From: Squalus acanthias
Taxonomy: Eukaryota
Assembly (NCBI GenBank): GCA_030390025.1
Contig: CM059425.1
Location: 164,426,001 to 164,490,000 of the forward strand
Direction of reading: 5' to 3'
Length of the DNA: 64,000 bases
Every line of letters begins with the position of its first letter. Position 1 is the stretch's first letter. The position numbers and the translations under genes were made by a program. Positions 62,301-64,000 of this stretch are shown piece after piece. The notes beneath the pieces are model-generated. The model saw nothing but the letters and a program-made list of their open reading frames with translations. It did no database searches and was not told where the DNA came from.

Positions 62301-63439
62301 CTATTCCTGAGTTTGCTGAATGACTGGGCTATGCCATTAGATTTTCAGTTTCTCTTCACCAGAAATCCTCCACATAAATAAGAATAAAGCTCAGGTGGAT
62401 TTCCCACTAGATGGAAAAGGCTTCGGGTTTTGAGGTGGAAGAGGTAACTGTGCCATTTATGGCACTGCCTAGACATCTACCCTGTTTGGGGGTGGGGGGG
62501 GGGGACAAACTTTTGGAGCAACACCTTGTTGCTCTATTTGTGAGGGGAGGCAGGCTGATGTGGTTGCATGCTTCTCCTGGCCCTATAGAAATCTTCCCTT
62601 TCACTGCCGAACCTCCATGGCACCCCTCTTTTATTAAATACTACCAGCGCAGCTCCGCATAGGAGCTCGGGATCTCCAGACCCCACCAATCAGCGAGGTG
62701 CCTTTCAGCACTCCAAATAAGTTTAATAAGGCCTGACCATGAAAATGGTACAGATGGTGACCTTAGGGCTGCAGTCCCAGAATGCTTTATAGAATGGCAT
62801 GGAATCAAAATAATCTACTGGCCCATCAAACCTGCTGCCTCCAGCTGACTATAGTTGCTCGGTCGTGGAATCTTAACCTCCTCAGGGAGATAGAAACAGA
62901 AAAATAGGAGCAGGAGTCGGCCATTCGGCCCTTCGAGCCTGCTCCGCCATTCAATATGATCATGGCTGATCCTCTATCTCAATACCATATTCCCGCTCTC
63001 TCCCCATACCCCTTGATGCCTTTTGTGTCTAGAAATCTATCTATCTCCTTCTTAAATATATTCAGTGACTTGGCCTCCACAGCCTTCTGTGGTAGAGAAT
63101 GCCAAGATAAATAACCAAGGATAGAACTTGTAAGAATTTTTACACTGACTATGGTACTTTGAATAAAATTGACTGCCAAACACACTTTATATGCATGATG
63201 AGCAGCACTGGGGTCTGGCGTCATTATTTGTTTTGCCCCATGTAAAATGAGAGCCAGAATACACATTAAAGCCAAAATGTATCTTCCTGCTTACTGCACA
63301 GAAAGATCTGAATAGAAACAAGCTGTTTTATATTTCAACCAACTGTATATAGTGATATCTTATTGCAATATTTGTTTCACCTTATTCTTTTAAACAGAAA
63401 AAAGATCAATCTGTTCCAAAGAAAGCCCGTAAACGTTAA
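2198..63439 (+). CDS. CAST: Calpastatin, spliced multi-exon CDS, 5'-partial; 37 predicted phase-0 exons, ~1054 codons, >=8 inhibitory domains
   Basis: Hand-spliced AG..GT exons give the calpastatin A/B/C motifs in the right order and spacing: DAIDLLSEML..YTGPAV (A), RVGETEGSIPPDYR (B; cf. LGxxxxTIPPxYR), DILDTLSADF (C). Repeat of 140-144 aa; no stops or frameshifts. Confidence 0.93.
4105..4142 (-). ncRNA. Minimal hammerhead ribozyme motif, mirror of 5211-5248
   Basis: rc CAC-CTGAAGA-A-GGGGC-aggatg-GTTCC-GAAA-GCTT-GTA. Confidence 0.6.
5211..5248 (+). ncRNA. Minimal hammerhead ribozyme motif, family P2
   Basis: TAC-CTGAAGA-A-GGGGC-aggatg-GTTCC-GAAA-GCTT-GTA, palindromic AAGCTT. Confidence 0.6.
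5756..5812 (+). CDS. CAST: CAST linker exon L1: VPVKVSTAASVSSSQSDAK
   Basis: tcttacgaag|...AAG|gtaagt, 57 nt. Confidence 0.8.
6015..8734 (-). mobile_element. CR1-clade LINE, 5'-truncated, degenerate ORF2 (APE endonuclease + RT)
   Basis: IAITETWL, MGDFN, SDHN, YLDFQKAFDKV, KFADDTK motifs; TSD caaaat; empty site in units 2,3,5,6,7. Confidence 0.95.
9146..9235 (+). CDS. CAST: CAST exon A1 (subdomain A): GKDAVDLLSEMLPSEAPDNSAPKYTGPAVK
   Basis: tttttaaag|...AAG|gtacaa, 90 nt; YTGP motif. Confidence 0.9.
9385..9593 (-). mobile_element. L2-type LINE 3' fragment in the A-B intron; present in units 1-6 (e.g. ~16810-17018)
   Basis: (aac)n tail + ttgcatt.atatag..cccaaggtgcttcaca terminus; similar to the start of the longer L2 at 56026. 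Confidence 0.65.
9777..9872 (+). CDS. CAST: CAST exon B1 (subdomain B): ESDATKKKAERVGETEGSIPPDYRFKEQPDPK
   Basis: attttcag|...AAG|gttcga, 96 nt; IPPDYR motif; weak donor. Confidence 0.9.
10259..12542 (+). mobile_element. tRNA-derived Deu-SINE (SacSINE1-like) interrupted by a CR1
   Basis: A/B-box-like head ggtcagttggtagc..gggttca; Deu-like core; L2-like tail gtaaagcgctttgggacgtcc..gcgctatataaatg. Confidence 0.75.
10332..12166 (+). mobile_element. CR1-clade LINE, 5'-truncated RT + 3' UTR, nested in the SINE
   Basis: NYRPVSLTS, QHGF, GVPQGSVLGP, FADDTKL motifs; 3' end gaatggcctgctcctgctcctat. Confidence 0.95.
12631..12693 (+). CDS. CAST: CAST linker exon G1: GKGKLASSATVPGAKPK(VTEK)
   Basis: ttgcaacag| ; in-frame donors after 12681 and 12693. 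Confidence 0.8.
13626..13751 (+). CDS. CAST: CAST exon C2
   Basis: Copy of C1, splice sites intact. Confidence 0.9.
15909..15965 (+). CDS. CAST: CAST exon L2 (VPVKASTAASVSSSQSDAK)
   Basis: Copy of L1, splice sites intact. Confidence 0.8.
16571..16660 (+). CDS. CAST: CAST exon A2 (GKDAIDLL...)
   Basis: Copy of A1, splice sites intact. Confidence 0.9.
17202..17297 (+). CDS. CAST: CAST exon B2
   Basis: Copy of B1. Confidence 0.9.
17688..18150 (+). mobile_element. Deu-SINE (SacSINE1-like), uninterrupted
   Basis: Same head/core/tail; absent from the divergent terminal unit (~58510). Confidence 0.75.
18240..18302 (+). CDS. CAST: CAST exon G2
   Basis: Copy of G1. Confidence 0.8.
19250..19375 (+). 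CDS. CAST: CAST exon C3
   Basis: Copy of C1. Confidence 0.9.
19407..20978 (-). mobile_element. Penelope-like element, family P2, 5'-truncated, open RT + GIY-YIG frame
   Basis: ORF 19799..21043: YTRYIDDIFF, YRKPT, VVYLIGC..WYISET; 10-bp TSD gttagagact at 19397-19406 and 20979-20988. Confidence 0.95.
21305..22114. mobile_element. Non-autonomous DNA transposon, PIF/Harbinger-like (810 bp)
   Basis: Imperfect TIRs gggctggatttt / aaaattctgccc, 3-bp TSD aaa, empty site in five other units. Confidence 0.75.
23934..23990 (+). CDS. CAST: CAST exon L3
   Basis: Copy of L1. Confidence 0.8.
24597..24686 (+). CDS. CAST: CAST exon A3
   Basis: Copy of A1. Confidence 0.9.
25227..25322 (+). CDS. CAST: CAST exon B3
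   Basis: Copy of B1. Confidence 0.9.
25713..26177 (+). mobile_element. Deu-SINE (SacSINE1-like)
   Basis: Unit 3 copy. Confidence 0.75.
26265..26327 (+). CDS. CAST: CAST exon G3 (GKGKLASSSTV...)
   Basis: Copy of G1, one A>S change. Confidence 0.8.
27273..27398 (+). CDS. CAST: CAST exon C4 (ETSCAAPP variant)
   Basis: Copy of C1; coding frame visible inside ORF 27216..27416. Confidence 0.9.
27747..28590. mobile_element. Same Harbinger-like element, unit 4 copy (844 bp)
   Basis: Same site, TIRs and TSD as 21305-22114; retains 34 bp missing there. Confidence 0.75.
30411..30467 (+). CDS. CAST: CAST exon L4
   Basis: Copy of L1. Confidence 0.8.
30670..33755 (-). mobile_element. CR1-clade LINE, duplicate of 6015-8734, with nested MITE
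   Basis: Same junctions and TSD; near-identical ORF fragments. Confidence 0.95.
31326..31688. mobile_element. Tc1/mariner (pogo/Tigger-like) MITE, 363 bp
   Basis: TA TSD; ~25-bp TIRs caggaaactctcttttaaccggcac / gtgccggttaataaagagtttcctg; absent from the sister CR1 at ~6670. Confidence 0.88.
34167..34256 (+). CDS. CAST: CAST exon A4
   Basis: Copy of A1. Confidence 0.9.
34799..34894 (+). CDS. CAST: CAST exon B4
   Basis: Copy of B1. Confidence 0.9.
35279..37543 (+). mobile_element. Deu-SINE interrupted by CR1 (unit 4)
   Basis: Same arrangement as unit 1. Confidence 0.7.
35347..37167 (+). mobile_element. CR1-clade LINE, duplicate of 10332-12166
   Basis: Same junctions; RT motifs in ORFs 35569..37057. 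Confidence 0.95.
37632..37694 (+). CDS. CAST: CAST exon G4
   Basis: Copy of G1. Confidence 0.8.
38637..38762 (+). CDS. CAST: CAST exon C5
   Basis: Copy of C1. Confidence 0.9.
40907..40963 (+). CDS. CAST: CAST exon L5
   Basis: Copy of L1. Confidence 0.8.
41558..41647 (+). CDS. CAST: CAST exon A5 (GKDAFDLL...)
   Basis: Copy of A1. Confidence 0.9.
41681..42539. mobile_element. Non-autonomous DNA transposon, PIF/Harbinger-like (859 bp, CpG-rich ends), unit 5 only
   Basis: TIRs gggtagaaaa / ttttccaccc, 3-bp TSD tag, empty site in other units. Confidence 0.75.
43057..43152 (+). CDS. CAST: CAST exon B5
   Basis: Copy of B1. Confidence 0.9.
43531..43962 (+). mobile_element. Deu-SINE, head partly missing (unit 5)
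   Basis: Core and tail as other copies. Confidence 0.7.
44050..44112 (+). CDS. CAST: CAST exon G5
   Basis: Copy of G1. Confidence 0.8.
44635..44671 (-). ncRNA. Minimal hammerhead ribozyme motif, inverted partner of 46505-46541
   Basis: rc AGTT-CTGACGA-A-AGGTC-att-GACCT-GAAA-CGTT-AACT. Confidence 0.7.
46505..46541 (+). ncRNA. Minimal type-I hammerhead ribozyme motif (Penelope-associated)
   Basis: AGTT-CTGACGA-A-AGGTC-atc-GACCT-GAAA-CGTT-AACT: core boxes, stems I/II, palindromic AACGTT in place of stem III. Confidence 0.7.
47127..47252 (+). CDS. CAST: CAST exon C6 (SRATPP variant)
   Basis: Copy of C1. Confidence 0.9.
49377..49433 (+). CDS. CAST: CAST exon L6 (VSVKAST... variant)
   Basis: Copy of L1. 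Confidence 0.8.
50039..50128 (+). CDS. CAST: CAST exon A6
   Basis: Copy of A1. Confidence 0.9.
50671..50766 (+). CDS. CAST: CAST exon B6
   Basis: Copy of B1. Confidence 0.9.
51156..51605 (+). mobile_element. Deu-SINE (unit 6)
   Basis: As other copies. Confidence 0.75.
51693..51755 (+). CDS. CAST: CAST exon G6
   Basis: Copy of G1. Confidence 0.8.
52701..52826 (+). CDS. CAST: CAST exon C7
   Basis: Copy of C1. Confidence 0.9.
54976..55032 (+). CDS. CAST: CAST exon L7
   Basis: Copy of L1. Confidence 0.8.
55635..55724 (+). CDS. CAST: CAST exon A7 (GKDAFDLL...)
   Basis: Copy of A1. Confidence 0.9.
56026..57040 (-). mobile_element. Old L2-clade LINE fragment
   Basis: LSLLDLSAAFDMV RT motif in ORF 56388..56687; DRAFSCRGPMLWYSLP C-terminal motif; (aac)n tail; boundaries approximate. 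Confidence 0.75.
57045..57448 (-). mobile_element. Degenerate Deu-SINE, reverse orientation
   Basis: aacttgcatttatgtagcaccttt tail to gagtgctaccactgagcca head. Confidence 0.7.
58054..58149 (+). CDS. CAST: CAST divergent exon B7: ESDASKKKAERVGETEKSIPPEYRFTEQADPK
   Basis: attttcag|...AAG|gttcag, 96 nt; IPPEYR motif; synonymous changes relative to B1-B6. Confidence 0.9.
58599..58661 (+). CDS. CAST: CAST divergent exon G7: DKGKLASPSTDPGAKPKATET
   Basis: ttgcaacag|...ACG|gtaaag, 63 nt. Confidence 0.8.
60102..60200 (+). CDS. CAST: CAST divergent terminal exon C8: LLTKADLVEGLSSDFDSCSSASHSVAEVSKEKE
   Basis: tactgacag|...GAG|gtatgg, 99 nt; LSSDF subdomain C motif; same donor context as C1-C7. Confidence 0.8.
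60655..60750 (-). mobile_element. Short CR1 3'-end remnant
   Basis: taggaacaggaggtggccattcagtccttcaagcctg resembles the CR1 terminus at 6029. Confidence 0.55.
62900..63101 (-). mobile_element. CR1 3'-end fragment
   Basis: SLPQKAVEAKSLNIFKKEIDRFL; terminus matches other CR1 copies. Confidence 0.85.
63398..63439 (+). CDS. CAST: Probable last coding exon of CAST: KKDQSVPKKARKR*; exon continues to donor after 63453
   Basis: cttattcttttaaacag| acceptor, phase-0 frame ending TAA, CAG|gtaact donor 14 nt later; intervening exons not excluded. Confidence 0.6.
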   Translation, partial: KKDQSVPKKARKR

Positions 63440-64000
63440 AGGCTGCAGAACAGGTAACTAAAAATATGAAATGTTCAGAGTAAGTTCTTAGAATCTGTTA
63501 GTTTTTCCTCATTTGTTCAACATTCGTGTACAAATAGGATATTCATACCTTCCCAGATAAAGATTCAAGCTGTGGCACCTACAACTAGGCCAAGTGACCG
63601 GGCTCCTCTGCCACTGCATTTGAGACTGCACCTAGAATTCTTTCTATCTCATTACAGACCTACTGTTCCCCCAACACTCCAGAAAGTTTGTTGAATTCAC
63701 TATTCATCATTTTTACCTTCTTTGCAAGCCTACAATTATAGAAATATTGGGGATGATTTTAACCCACCTTGCCCAATGGGAGCAGAGCAGTTAAAATCAC
63801 TGTCCCGTTCCGGCTTGCTGCAAAGTTGGAGGTGAGGGAGTGGTTGAGCAAATCAGCGGTTGTGGAGATATCATGGTGAATAGTGGAACAAAGGATAGGA
63901 AGTTGGTAATCACAGCCCAGTCAACACTGCAGTCCCATTCTTACCAATGTCTGGGTACTGGTGCACAAATTAGGAGAGCTGTCCCGCAGACTGGTAAAGC

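Noticed and set aside
1..64000. Prokaryotic systems (CRISPR, retron, operons)
   Set aside because: Vertebrate intron/exon and retroposon content; RT motifs belong to CR1, L2 and Penelope; no repeat-spacer array

Overview
Eukaryotic genomic DNA; the CR1, L2, Penelope-like and SacSINE1-type Deu-SINE content points to a cartilaginous fish. The ORF track misses the main feature: the 3' part of a spliced calpastatin (CAST, calpain inhibitor) gene on the + strand. From ~1.7 to ~55.9 kb it is a tandem array of a ~5.6-kb unit. Each unit carries five phase-0 exons (linker, subdomain A, subdomain B, second linker, subdomain C) encoding one ~144-aa inhibitory domain. The window holds the end of one domain, six near-identical complete domains, a seventh chimeric/divergent domain and a probable stop-codon exon (37 exons, ~1050 codons). 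That is at least 8 domains, versus 4 in mammalian CAST. All exons are intact, while the introns carry copy-specific insertions: CR1s, Penelope-like elements (some inverted/palindromic, with hammerhead ribozyme motifs), Harbinger-like and mariner-like MITEs. The insertion pattern shows the units are recombinant mosaics. Family calls come from motif recognition, not database searches.
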